Assembly (NCBI RefSeq): GCF_033153115.1
Contig: NW_026889782.1
Location: forward strand, 26,908,001 to 26,972,000
Direction of reading: 5' to 3'
DNA: 64,000 nt
Source of the DNA: Saccostrea echinata
Lineage: Eukaryota
The position numbers and the translations under genes are program-made. A model generated the notes under the pieces. The model was not told where the DNA came from and did no database searches. It was given only the letters and a program-made list of their open reading frames with translations. Positions 51,385-60,550 of this stretch are shown in pieces (position 1 is the first letter of the stretch; each line of letters begins with the position of its first letter).

Positions 51385-52297
51385 ATGGCGACGTTAATGA
51401 TTCTGCTTAGTTTAGTGTTTGTGGTACAGGGAGATTTTTCGAAATCTTGCCTATCTAAGGGAAAAGTTCTCCTCTGTGAGAAGGTTGAGGGTAATCTAAC
51501 ATGTCAGAATGCCGGAGTCAAACTGCTGAATGCTGAGAGACTTGTAATGACAAATCCCAAGATTGAGAAAGTGGACATCACCAGCCAGTGCCTCCCCAAG
51601 CTGCGGACAGTTGAAATCGTGAGATCGGGGATGATGAATTGTTCTGACTTTGCAACGTTCTCACTGGTCATCATCAACAGGAGAGTTTGTGTATACACAG
51701 TAAGTTCATTTTTTTTTTCGATGTAATTATTGTATATTTCTGTATTTATTTTTATTATTATATTTTGTAAAACTCATATTAATAAGACATAATATTTCAT
51801 GTAGACATCCAGCACACCACGGATCGTCTCAGGAAAACCTCCAGCAGACTCGAAGAGCTCGTCGTCAACAACTGCAGTGACTCCGTACAATGTGACGGTC
51901 ACCATGGTGACAGAGACCACTACTGTGGAGAACGCGACCCTGCAGTCAACACTGCATTTCTTCCCAAGAGACAGCGACAAAACAAAAGAAGGTACTTACT
52001 TAAAATTCTATTTATGATGGCATGCATAATTACATGCATATGATTATTACGTTTTTTTAAAAAAAAATAATAATAATAATATTTTTACATGTAGATGTGG
52101 CGTTACGGGCAGTCGTCATTACTCTCAGTATTTTATCCGTATTACTGATCATCCTGGTGTTTGTCCTGTTGAAGTGGAAACGTTGTAGACGTAGTCGAGG
52201 AAGAAAACTGCCGATGGCTGAGGATCTGGGGAGTTCTGAAGTGGTGTTCCTGCGTTCAGCAAGCAGGAATCCGTACTCCGAAACAAAGTTTGAGTGA
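51385..52297 (+). CDS. Three-exon type I membrane glycoprotein, 234 aa (exons 51385-51699, 51805-51991, 52095-52297)
   Basis: GT-AG introns, phases 0 and 1, splice in frame; signal peptide, 6-Cys domain, S/T stalk, TM helix, basic tail; TATATAAAA at ~51290. Confidence 0.85.
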
Positions 52298-52750
52298 CTT
52301 GACATTTTGACTCTCTCTCATTCTGTACAGTGATTTTATTTTTTTTTTTTCCTAATTGTATGCTATTTTTGATGATAAAGCGTTATGTGCTATATGTAAA
52401 ACAAGATAGTTATTTTTCTTTTTTTTTTTTTGTAGCGTATTTTAATATTGAAGTGATTTTTCTGTTTGGTATTTTTTTTTCTTTAAAACATTTGCTTTTT
52501 AACTTATATGGAGAATCTTAGCGATTACCTTTTATATATTTTTTTTCAAAACAATATTTGCTGTTTTATTTAAAAAAAAAAATGTTATTAACATTTAATC
52601 GATAACAACAAATTATCAGAGTTATTTTGCGCAATCCAATAATTGTGTACATAAAAATAAACCTGCTTTTTAGTGTGGCATATTTTCCATTTGAATAATT
52701 AAAACACACAAGTTTTCTGACTTTCTTTTATTACTGTTGTTATATTACAA

Positions 52751-52933
52751 TCACAAGGACATCCATTTGCTGGGAATTTTCACGCCTGGTGGGGCATCCT
52801 TTCTTCCAGCGACACCTAGTCTTTTTGTCAGTGGTTTTTCCGGAGATTTCTGTGTCGTTTTTGTACTCACAGCGGGTACTGCTTTCAGTCGCTGGTACTC
52901 ATCTTTAGGTATTAACACGAACTCAGTGGACAT
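52751..52933 (-). CDS. Small Polinton protein
   Basis: MSTEFVLIPKDEYQRL start, overlaps the stop of the upstream gene in the minus-strand block. Confidence 0.55.
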   Translation of the reverse strand: MSTEFVLIPKDEYQRLKAVPAVSTKTTQKSPEKPLTKRLGVAGRKDAPPGVKIPSKWMSL

Positions 52934-53243
52934 ATTTTGCAAGGTCTGGAAGCAAAGGTTTTAGTAAGACAGGAAGAAATCCGTGGCGTCGGAGTAACAG
53001 ATTCTTTTTGTTTCTGCCCTTCTTCTTAGCTAATCGACGCAGAATATGTCGATACTTGTAGAGATTTTTGATGAAGGATTCGGAGGGTAAAATCTCACGA
53101 TTATGAATAACGTTATAAATCACTTCTAAGAGAGTCTTTAACTGCTTGACACTGATCGTCTTTAATAACACTCGGCGTTGTCTGACGCTTGTAGTGGCTA
53201 GCTAGTTTAAAAAGGCCCAGTTCTGACGAAGGCGGTCGCTCAT
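52923..53243 (-). pseudogene. Basic Polinton protein with in-frame TAG at 53204-53202
   Basis: ATG overlaps the ATPase stop (ATGA); MSDRLRQNWAFLN*LATTS..QLKTLLEVIYNV. Confidence 0.7.
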
Positions 53244-53908
53244 GTTTTTCTCATGTAAACGATCAATAGGTCACCTGGAAATATCCCTGTGCGCAGCGCA
53301 TAATCTCTGCGTCCGCTCACGGATAGGTCCACCAATAAATAAGAATAAGGTTTTTGCGTCGCCTTTTCATATGCGTCGAGAAAATACGACTTGTTTTGCG
53401 GATAGAGTTGGGTAGCTAAGAATTGAACTTGAAAATTATCTCGGGGGTTTTTGAAAAGAACGAGGTATTGACAATTTAATGAAATGACTCGACTGTACTT
53501 GCCTTGAGGAAACAAATTTTGAGAAATAAATATGACAGATATATTCATATGATGCACGTGAATAGTAAATAACTCCATATAATCAAAGGACTGAATGACT
53601 CGGTATACTAGATCATCCAAAACGAGTAAGAATTCCCCGCTCTGCGCAAATTCCTCCAGGTCTTGTTTTGAGGGTAAACCCTCGTAAAATATAACAGATG
53701 AATTGTGGTCCCGTATTTCTTGAAAAGCCGGTTGCCATTTTGAATACGCATACACAATCTTTTTAAGCGGTTTTGATAGAATCCCTTTGTCAAGATTATC
53801 TAAGATTCGTTGCGTAAATCGAGTTTTGCCACTCTGACTGGGACCACTCACAAACAAAGAGAAAGGCACCTTCAAAGCAAAATCACTGGGGTTCATGGTT
53901 TCATTCAT
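53240..53908 (-). CDS. A32/FtsK-like genome packaging ATPase
   Basis: Walker A GPSQSGKT, Walker B LLVLDD, FISQNLF, SLNCQYLVLFKNPRD. Confidence 0.95.
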   Translation of the reverse strand: MNETMNPSDFALKVPFSLFVSGPSQSGKTRFTQRILDNLDKGILSKPLKKIVYAYSKWQPAFQEIRDHNSSVIFYEGLPSKQDLEEFAQSGEFLLVLDDLVYRVIQSFDYMELFTIHVHHMNISVIFISQNLFPQGKYSRVISLNCQYLVLFKNPRDNFQVQFLATQLYPQNKSYFLDAYEKATQKPYSYLLVDLSVSGRRDYALRTGIFPGDLLIVYMRKT

Positions 53909-53955
53909 TTATTTCTTTTTTAATCTCAACATTTGACTTATATACAGACACAAAG

Positions 53956-54198
53956 ATGAATCACGACTCAATGTGGGGTATAAGAGAAAATGTGGATGTC
54001 AACTGGAAAGGAAAACGAAAAATCAGATGTCATATTGACACGTCTCATTTTGTAACTGTGTCTAGGAGAAAAAATCGGTATTACGTTAAAATCAGGAAAG
54101 GGAAGCGAGATCTTTCCTTATCGCCTGAGATGTGGGCTGTGATATGCGATCTAAAAGAAACGGTGTTACTGTGTTGTAATTTTTTGGAAACTAGTTAA
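53956..54198 (+). CDS. Small PC4-like protein
   Basis: FVTV....YVKIR....LSLSPEMW resembles PC4 YVSV....IDIR...ISLNPEQW. Confidence 0.6.
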   Translation: MNHDSMWGIRENVDVNWKGKRKIRCHIDTSHFVTVSRRKNRYYVKIRKGKRDLSLSPEMWAVICDLKETVLLCCNFLETS

Positions 54199-54200
54199 AA

Positions 54201-55331
54201 ATGGTTTTATCCGCGGAACTACGAGACTATTTAACTTCATTGTATTTCAACCCCGAAAAACCGGGAGCATTCAGAAGTCCGCTTCAGTTATGGCGACAAG
54301 AAAATCAGTATAAGATCGGGCTACCCAGAATTAAGCAATGGTTACAAAATCAAGATGTCTATTCAATGAACAGAACCGTACGTCGTCGTTTTAAGAGACC
54401 ACGGGTTTTCACGGGTGGAATAAAAGATCAGTATGACGCCGACTTAATGGATGTCGGATTTCACTCCAAAGAAAACGATGGAATCAAGTATTTATTGGTT
54501 GTGATCGACGTGTTTACTCGTTATGTGTGGGTATGCGCACTGAAAAATAAAACGAGCTCCAATGTATTAAAAGGTCTCAAAAATTGTTTTCAAAACTTGG
54601 GTTTTCCTCGCAAAATAAGAACAGATGCCGGAAAGGAATTCACGGCACATCTCGTTCAAAATTATTTAAAATCAGTCGAGGTTACACACTTTACTACTCA
54701 AGGAGAATCGAAGAGCAACTTTGTGGAACGCGTAATCAGAACACTGCGCAGTTTAATGCACAGATATATGAAAAAGACGCGTTCGTTTAGATATATTGAT
54801 AAACTACAGACATTGGTAACGAATTACAACCACACCCCTCATAGATCGTTGGGTTATAAAGCACCGAGTGAAATTAATGAGACTAATGAAGTCGATCAAA
54901 TTATTTTGCAATATTTTAAACCTCCTGTCAAGCGGAAAATAAAGAAAGTATCAAAACTGGCCAAGAAATTGCGATCGTCTTTTCGATTTAAGGTGGGTGA
55001 TACTGTGCGCATATCGCATTTGAAACATGTGTTTGAAGGCGAATTCATGGAGAAATTTACTGGCGAAGTGTTTAAGATAAAATCCCGATTTTTGAAACAA
55101 AATATCCCAATGTACAAGCTACAGGATTTAAGAAACGAAGATCTGACGGGTAGTTTTTATGAACAAGAACTACAGAAAATAGAAAAACCGGAAGACACAT
55201 TGTGGGAAGTGGAAAAAATATTGCGTAAAAGACGTCGAAATAATCAGACTTATGTTCTTATTAAGTGGTTGAATTTCCCTCGAAGTTTTAATAGTTGGGT
55301 GCCAGAGAGAGAAGTACAAGAGCTGGTTTAA
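54201..55331 (+). CDS. INT: Retroviral-like (rve) integrase with C-terminal chromodomain
   Basis: ADLMD, IDVFTR, TDAGKEF, VERVIRTL; WEVEKIL...VLIKW......NSWVP. Confidence 0.97.
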   Translation: MVLSAELRDYLTSLYFNPEKPGAFRSPLQLWRQENQYKIGLPRIKQWLQNQDVYSMNRTVRRRFKRPRVFTGGIKDQYDADLMDVGFHSKENDGIKYLLVVIDVFTRYVWVCALKNKTSSNVLKGLKNCFQNLGFPRKIRTDAGKEFTAHLVQNYLKSVEVTHFTTQGESKSNFVERVIRTLRSLMHRYMKKTRSFRYIDKLQTLVTNYNHTPHRSLGYKAPSEINETNEVDQIILQYFKPPVKRKIKKVSKLAKKLRSSFRFKVGDTVRISHLKHVFEGEFMEKFTGEVFKIKSRFLKQNIPMYKLQDLRNEDLTGSFYEQELQKIEKPEDTLWEVEKILRKRRRNNQTYVLIKWLNFPRSFNSWVPEREVQELV

Positions 55332-55335
55332 AGAA

Positions 55336-55728
55336 ATGGATTATTACATGGTCATTTCAGAGACAGACTTTTTAAATTATTATCCAAATAATACGCCTAA
55401 TGATTTCCGCGTTCACACGCCGAACACTAGGTTAAGGGGTCGGTGGTACGTGGGGCTCTGCGAAATGAGTATTGAAGTAGAACGGGAATGTGAAATATTA
55501 ATACTGTCGGATATCTGTTCAGATACACTGGTAGGGGGTGAGAAGAAACCTTTATTAAAGAGAATGAGGTTACAGAGTGGACAAAATGACGTCGCGTTCC
55601 AGCGCATCATGTATATTCCTATCGTCGTGACCGATTTTCATTCCATCAGAGTATATCTGGAGAGCCCAGTACTAACAAAACCAAAGGTGACTTTTGTGCT
55701 TCATTTTAAAAAATATCCTTTCATTTAA
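55336..55728 (+). CDS. PX: Minor capsid protein (penton, single jelly-roll), minimal form
   Basis: YPNNTPNDF ... WYVGLCE ... SDI....VG....PLL ... YIP ... VLHF. Confidence 0.85.
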   Translation: MDYYMVISETDFLNYYPNNTPNDFRVHTPNTRLRGRWYVGLCEMSIEVERECEILILSDICSDTLVGGEKKPLLKRMRLQSGQNDVAFQRIMYIPIVVTDFHSIRVYLESPVLTKPKVTFVLHFKKYPFI

Positions 55729-55730
55729 GC

Positions 55731-56057
55731 ATGCGCTCTTCGAAAGTGTATGTGGCAGACACGAAGAAATGGACAGATTTTTTTGTTAGTACGGCCGCTA
55801 CGCCCATTTCACATAATTCGTTACGACAGAGTGGGGGGAACTTGGGAAACGGCAGCATTAATACCACTGCCATAGTACCCATTGATTCCGGTCGCAACTT
55901 GCGAGGTGGGGGGGAAAGTCCCTCACCGGAAATCACCCTCGTCTCGCCCACACAACGAGATTTACAACAAGCCAAGTCAGAATTGCGTCGCGTAAAGCCT
56001 AAAAAGAGGAAAAGGACGTGTAAAAAAGCTAAACATTCCGATAATTTTGATTATTAA
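55731..56057 (+). CDS. Small basic protein, candidate core protein or protease substrate
   Basis: QSGG and LRGG motifs, LVSP, K/R-rich C-terminus; tightly packed in the structural block. Confidence 0.6.
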   Translation: MRSSKVYVADTKKWTDFFVSTAATPISHNSLRQSGGNLGNGSINTTAIVPIDSGRNLRGGGESPSPEITLVSPTQRDLQQAKSELRRVKPKKRKRTCKKAKHSDNFDY

Positions 56058-56058
56058 G

Positions 56059-56502
56059 ATGGAACCCGAAAGAGATGTCGCGTCGGATCTCATGATTAGA
56101 AAGAAACAATACGCAAGAGCCGTCAAAGTCACCGGAGTGTTGTTACTGCTGATACCGTTTTTCATTGTATTTGGAATGACGATAGACATTTGGAATAACA
56201 CACAGGCCTCTCCCCTGACCGTTAACGATACCAGAGCTTTTAACGCGACTCTCTGCGATTTTTTAAAATCGTTTCCTTTGACTGAGGCGGTGCATGTTAG
56301 CGTCTGCGTTTATCAGGGCTCCGTTCTAATTGATTTGAGACGTTTTTTGAATAATAAACCAACGATTAAAGGAATACAATTAAACCCCATTCAATGGCAG
56401 TACCTGAAAAGAATTTGGCCTTACATCGATCAGAGCTTAGTGCTGGCATCGAGACGCGATTTCTCTGCGCATAAAAGGGCAGAGAAGACTTCTCACAGTT
56501 AA
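56059..56502 (+). CDS. Membrane-anchored PC4-domain protein (147 aa)
   Basis: Basic N-terminus, TM VTGVLLLLIPFFIVFGMTI, sequons NNT/NDT/NAT, then VSV..YQGSVLIDLRRF...PTIKGIQLNPIQW..LK.....ID. Confidence 0.85.
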   Translation: MEPERDVASDLMIRKKQYARAVKVTGVLLLLIPFFIVFGMTIDIWNNTQASPLTVNDTRAFNATLCDFLKSFPLTEAVHVSVCVYQGSVLIDLRRFLNNKPTIKGIQLNPIQWQYLKRIWPYIDQSLVLASRRDFSAHKRAEKTSHS

Positions 56503-56510
56503 GATCCAAA

Positions 56511-57821
56511 ATGACGAGTCACGCATACGAAGACATTCAGGAAGGATTGCCCAGGGAACTACTGTTGTTTAATTTACCAGTGACGCAGACAGCTGTGACT
56601 CGTAACTATTACGTAGATTATAGACCCGTTTCTCAGATAAGCGAAAACGGACCCGTAGAATTCAGCGTACCCGGGACAGGAGATTATCTGGACTTTAAAA
56701 AAAGTTTGTTATATGTTAAAGCGCGAATCCTCAAAGCGAATGGTTCAGCTCTTGAGGCGGACGAGAAAGTCGGTCCTGTGAATAATTCTTTGCACAGTTT
56801 CTTTAATCAGGTGGACATTTCGTTAAACGGGAAACAGTTCCCGAGTAGTGGCGGGGCGGCCTATGCTTATAAAGCTTACCTACAGAATTTGTTAAATTAC
56901 GGAGAAGAGGCAAAACAATCCCAGCTTCAATGTAGCTTGTTTTTCAAGGATGATGCTGGTTATATGGATGTCGCGGACCCTAACGGTGCTAATTCCGGGT
57001 TGTACTCGCGCACCGTTTTCTGTTAAGAAAGTTCGTCTTTTGATTTAGAAGGGCCCATTTTAGAAGATGTGTGTCGACTCGATCGTTTTGTGTTAAACGG
57101 AGTAGACGTTAACATCAAATTGTATAGACAAAACTCGTCGTTCTGTCTCATGTCCGCCGAGGCGGATCCGCAGTACAAAATTGTCTTTGATGACGTCATA
57201 TTCCGGGTTTGCAGAGTACAGGTGTCGCCAGGTATCATAGTGGGGCACACAAAGGCTTTAGAAACGACTACAGCTAAATATCCCTTGATTAACACAGACG
57301 TAAAAGTGGCCTCTATTGCTGCAGGGCAAACCCGATTCATCTGGGATAACATTTATTTGACCCGCTGTCCCAGTAAAATCGTTCTCGGACTGGTCTCTAC
57401 GGAGGCCCAGACAGGGAGTTATGTGAAAAACCCTTTTAATTTTCAAACCTTTGGCGCTCGTCATGTCGGCGTATTTGTCAATAATGTGAGTGTTCCCGGG
57501 CAGCCTTATAAAATAGAAGAAAACTGTTACATCTCAGCTTACCACAGTTTATTTGATATTGTCGACAAATCCCAAATCGATTCCGGAAACAATATTGATC
57601 GAGACGATTGGAAGTATGGCTACTGCCTTTACGGCTCTTCGTTACAACCCCAGTTTGGAAACACAGATACCCTTTCTTTAATGAATCAAGCAAGCGTTCG
57701 ACTAGAACTAGCCTTCGAGCAGGCACTGACAGAAACCGTTTCCTGCATCCTGTATGCTGAATTCCCCTCTTTTTTTGAGATAGACAATACTAGAAATGTA
57801 ATTCTTAACTCTATATCATGA
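56511..57821 (+). pseudogene. PY: Major capsid protein (double jelly-roll, 436 codons) with a single in-frame TAA at 57024-57026
   Basis: LLLF..P.TQ, GPVEF, PVNN.LHS.F.QVD, YAYKAYLQNLLNY, NGVDV.IKL, GSY.KNPFNF; ORFs 56511 and 57069 share a frame. Confidence 0.93.
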
Positions 57822-58279
57822 ACGGATACCTCATTTCTGACCTATGTCGTTTAGATTTAGTTTTAGCTTCCCAGTTTGAGGGTGTATTTTCTCCGGATAA
57901 TTTACCTTTGAATGTTGACCACTATCCCCGTGCTTATATCGTTAACACTACATTTTCTACTACAGCCGGAGAACACTGGATAGCACTCTATTTTAGTTCT
58001 TCTCAACACTGTTACGTATTTGATAGTTATGGTAGGGACCTGAGTAGTTTGCCGTCTCAGATACACTCCTTTGCTGCTCGCAATTCATTTTCATGTACAT
58101 ATAATACGCTTATAATGCAAGACGTAGCTAGTCAAACGTGTGGACTGTATTGTATATTATTCATGCTAGTAATGAGTAGAATCTGTAATCTATCTGTATT
58201 TCAACGACTCTTTTGTGATGACTTGATCCAAAACGATGTTTTTGTGTACCGCATTCTTTATACATTATACAATCTTTGA
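57818..58279 (+). CDS. PRO: Adenain-like cysteine maturation protease
   Basis: GEHW, FDSYG, Q.....TCGLYC catalytic motifs; ATGA overlap with MCP stop. Confidence 0.95.
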   Translation: MNGYLISDLCRLDLVLASQFEGVFSPDNLPLNVDHYPRAYIVNTTFSTTAGEHWIALYFSSSQHCYVFDSYGRDLSSLPSQIHSFAARNSFSCTYNTLIMQDVASQTCGLYCILFMLVMSRICNLSVFQRLFCDDLIQNDVFVYRILYTLYNL

Positions 58280-58490
58280 GCTTTATCTCTCCTTCTATAT
58301 AGTACAATAAACTGATAACACCTTTGTGACAGATTTTATTTAATGATAAGAAAAAAAAATATATTGAGTGACAGATTTTATTTAATGATGAGGAAAAAAT
58401 ATACATAGTACAATAATTCTCAGAGTCTCTTTACATAAAACGCCACTGTTATATACACAGTAAAAAGTATAGTCCAACAGAAAAAAAAAA

Positions 58491-59192
58491 TCACTCAGAT
58501 AATTTAGACAGTTCAGATTGAAAGGCCTGGTCCTCCCTAGCATCGCGCAGGTATTTCTCCCCGTCCGATTCATCCCCATTGATTTCCTCGAACTCCCTCA
58601 CAATGACATCTTCCGGAATATTGTTCATACAATCTTGAAGGTACATGTCCCTCTTTTCCTCCCACGAAGATAGGCAGCCCATTTCCATGTGCTGTTTCTG
58701 GCTGGGATGATCCGTCAGGCATCCGTGGCAACGTTCCTTAGATTTACACGAAACCATCTTCCTCAGGATTTTCGTGATGATGGATTTCATGCACTGATCC
58801 ATCTGCTCGACTTCTTGATATGTCTCTTGGAATTTTCCCCATTCATTTTCGTTGAGTGCGATGCCAAATTTAGTAGGAAGGGCTGGATCTACGTGGAAAT
58901 TAAACACTCTAAAGTCCACGATGATAACGTTGCTGTCGGGGAATCTCTTCGCCGTTACCCGCTTGTTTCCCTCCTCGTTTCTCTGTAAGTCCCAAGTCTT
59001 AGACGGCGTTGAAGAGTTTTCTCTCAGTTTCTTTACATGCGCGTGAATTTCACTGATAATGTTTATCAGCAGCAACCACTCGGAGGCGGAGAAGGATATT
59101 TTCTTTTCCGGTTGGTCCACATTGTTCAGTCTTATTCTCTTCTCTTTCTGGTAGATGCCAGTCGTGAAAGTGATTCGCTCACTCAGGAACAT
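58491..59192 (-). CDS. Tandem PC4-like domain protein with C-terminal Cys/His motif
   Basis: KISFSASEW and IVDFRVF.....PTKFGIALNENEW PC4-like repeats; CHGC..DHPSQKQH...GC; first ATG at 59192. Confidence 0.8.
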   Translation of the reverse strand: MFLSERITFTTGIYQKEKRIRLNNVDQPEKKISFSASEWLLLINIISEIHAHVKKLRENSSTPSKTWDLQRNEEGNKRVTAKRFPDSNVIIVDFRVFNFHVDPALPTKFGIALNENEWGKFQETYQEVEQMDQCMKSIITKILRKMVSCKSKERCHGCLTDHPSQKQHMEMGCLSSWEEKRDMYLQDCMNNIPEDVIVREFEEINGDESDGEKYLRDAREDQAFQSELSKLSE

Positions 59193-59204
59193 GATTAATG
59201 TCGT

Positions 59205-59236
59205 ACTGAAAATGACTAGTGTGAAGGTTTTAAATA
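59205..59236 (-). promoter_or_regulatory. Putative TATA + Inr core promoter
   Basis: TATTTAAAA (59236) lies 29 nt upstream of the A in TCAGT (59207), just before ATG 59192. Confidence 0.45.
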
Positions 59237-59285
59237 ATATCCAGGCTGTGATGTCATCGGTCAAAAGGTGTTAAACTATATGATG

Positions 59286-59723
59286 TCATCTATATCCAAT
59301 CACAGTCCAGCTTAATTCCTGGCGGTGACGTCGGCGCATTTTTCTAACAGCTATGTCCATTCTTTTAAAGAAATGTTCCGGAGTGAAAAATCGTTCCTCG
59401 TCGAAATATTCTGAGAATATTTCTCGAAAGCATTCAATGATATTACATCCCATATGGCATGTAGAGGTCTCGTGCCAGGGCAAATCCAGGTCCTCGACTG
59501 TTTGTCCTCGGTCTATCCAGACTCTGCAATTGATGGCCTCTTGTGTAATCATTAAATTACGCGCGATTCTCGATAGCAATTGTGGTCTTTCAAATTGTCT
59601 AGATTTTTTGATGTAATAATATACATCTTCGTAAATCTGCTTCTCTCTGTCAAACAAACTTAACTCCAGTGAGAAACTAGCTAGATCTCGCAAAGGAAGA
59701 ACTTCGGTAAACATACGATACAT
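59286..59723 (-). CDS. Polinton hypothetical protein (145 aa)
   Basis: ATG-initiated ORF with the composition of the neighbouring viral genes; no recognised motif. Confidence 0.6.
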   Translation of the reverse strand: MYRMFTEVLPLRDLASFSLELSLFDREKQIYEDVYYYIKKSRQFERPQLLSRIARNLMITQEAINCRVWIDRGQTVEDLDLPWHETSTCHMGCNIIECFREIFSEYFDEERFFTPEHFFKRMDIAVRKMRRRHRQELSWTVIGYR

Positions 59724-60550
59724 GATCAGTAATATTTGTGTTGGTTTGCATCTGTTTCTTTTATTCAGATTCGCCCTTATTGATTAGTTTTCCGATTTCC
59801 CACAATATTCTAAAAGAAGAAATTCCATAATAATAGAAAAAGTCTTTTATGTCTTACAAGTCGTTAATATAACGCATACTTGGGACCGTTGCTCGTAACA
59901 ATAATTTTTTTCTCACCTTCCGTTGATGACCACATTTAATTACCTGTTTTAACCCATAGGGGGTCAAGTACATTTTCTTATCTTTTGATATAAAATACTT
60001 TTGTTATATAACGGTATTCACGATTATTGATTCATTCCACGATTTCTCAAAGGGAAAGAGATTCCATAATAAAAGAGTTGTTAATGTAATGTCTAGTTGA
60101 AAAGTTATTCGGAACAATAACTTTTTCTCACCTTCTTATGGTCGTTGCTTGTCTACTCAGATTTAATTAACTGACTTTACCTAGTATGAGATGTCAAATC
60201 TTCTTCTCTTCATTGCATTGTACTTTCCTACAATTTCTTACGAGTTCTGATCAAAATCGGTGACAGTTACTTTCTCTTTGGAGGGTTAACTGCATTTCAC
60301 CTAACGGTTTGAAATTTTCTGTAGCAATGGGTAATAATTGATTGTGAACATCATTTTTATTACGAAGTATGTAGATACTTTTAATAATCACATTCTGCTG
60401 TTTTCCTTTATGAAATCATTCTAAAATCAAATGTATATCTTTGAACGTTTAGAAATTTTTACTGAAATTAAGTGCTTCGTTTAATCCTGGTTCAACTGTG
60501 TATTTCATTCTATTCAGTTTAATTATACTACAAGTTTCTATTGTAAACAA

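Noticed and set aside
57023-57726. Antisense ORFs within MCP, INT, pPolB and other viral genes
   Set aside because: Short shadows of real genes with no recognisable motifs
59193-59264. Hydrophobic N-terminal extension of the 257-aa ORF suggesting another TM-PC4
   Set aside because: Starts at TTG and overlaps the TATA/Inr motif; ATG 59192 is the more likely start
59815-60250. Two GAAG|GTGAG donor-like sites on the minus strand upstream of the 59723 ORF
   Set aside because: They lie in a degenerate ~220-240 bp duplication; no consistent acceptors or reading frame found
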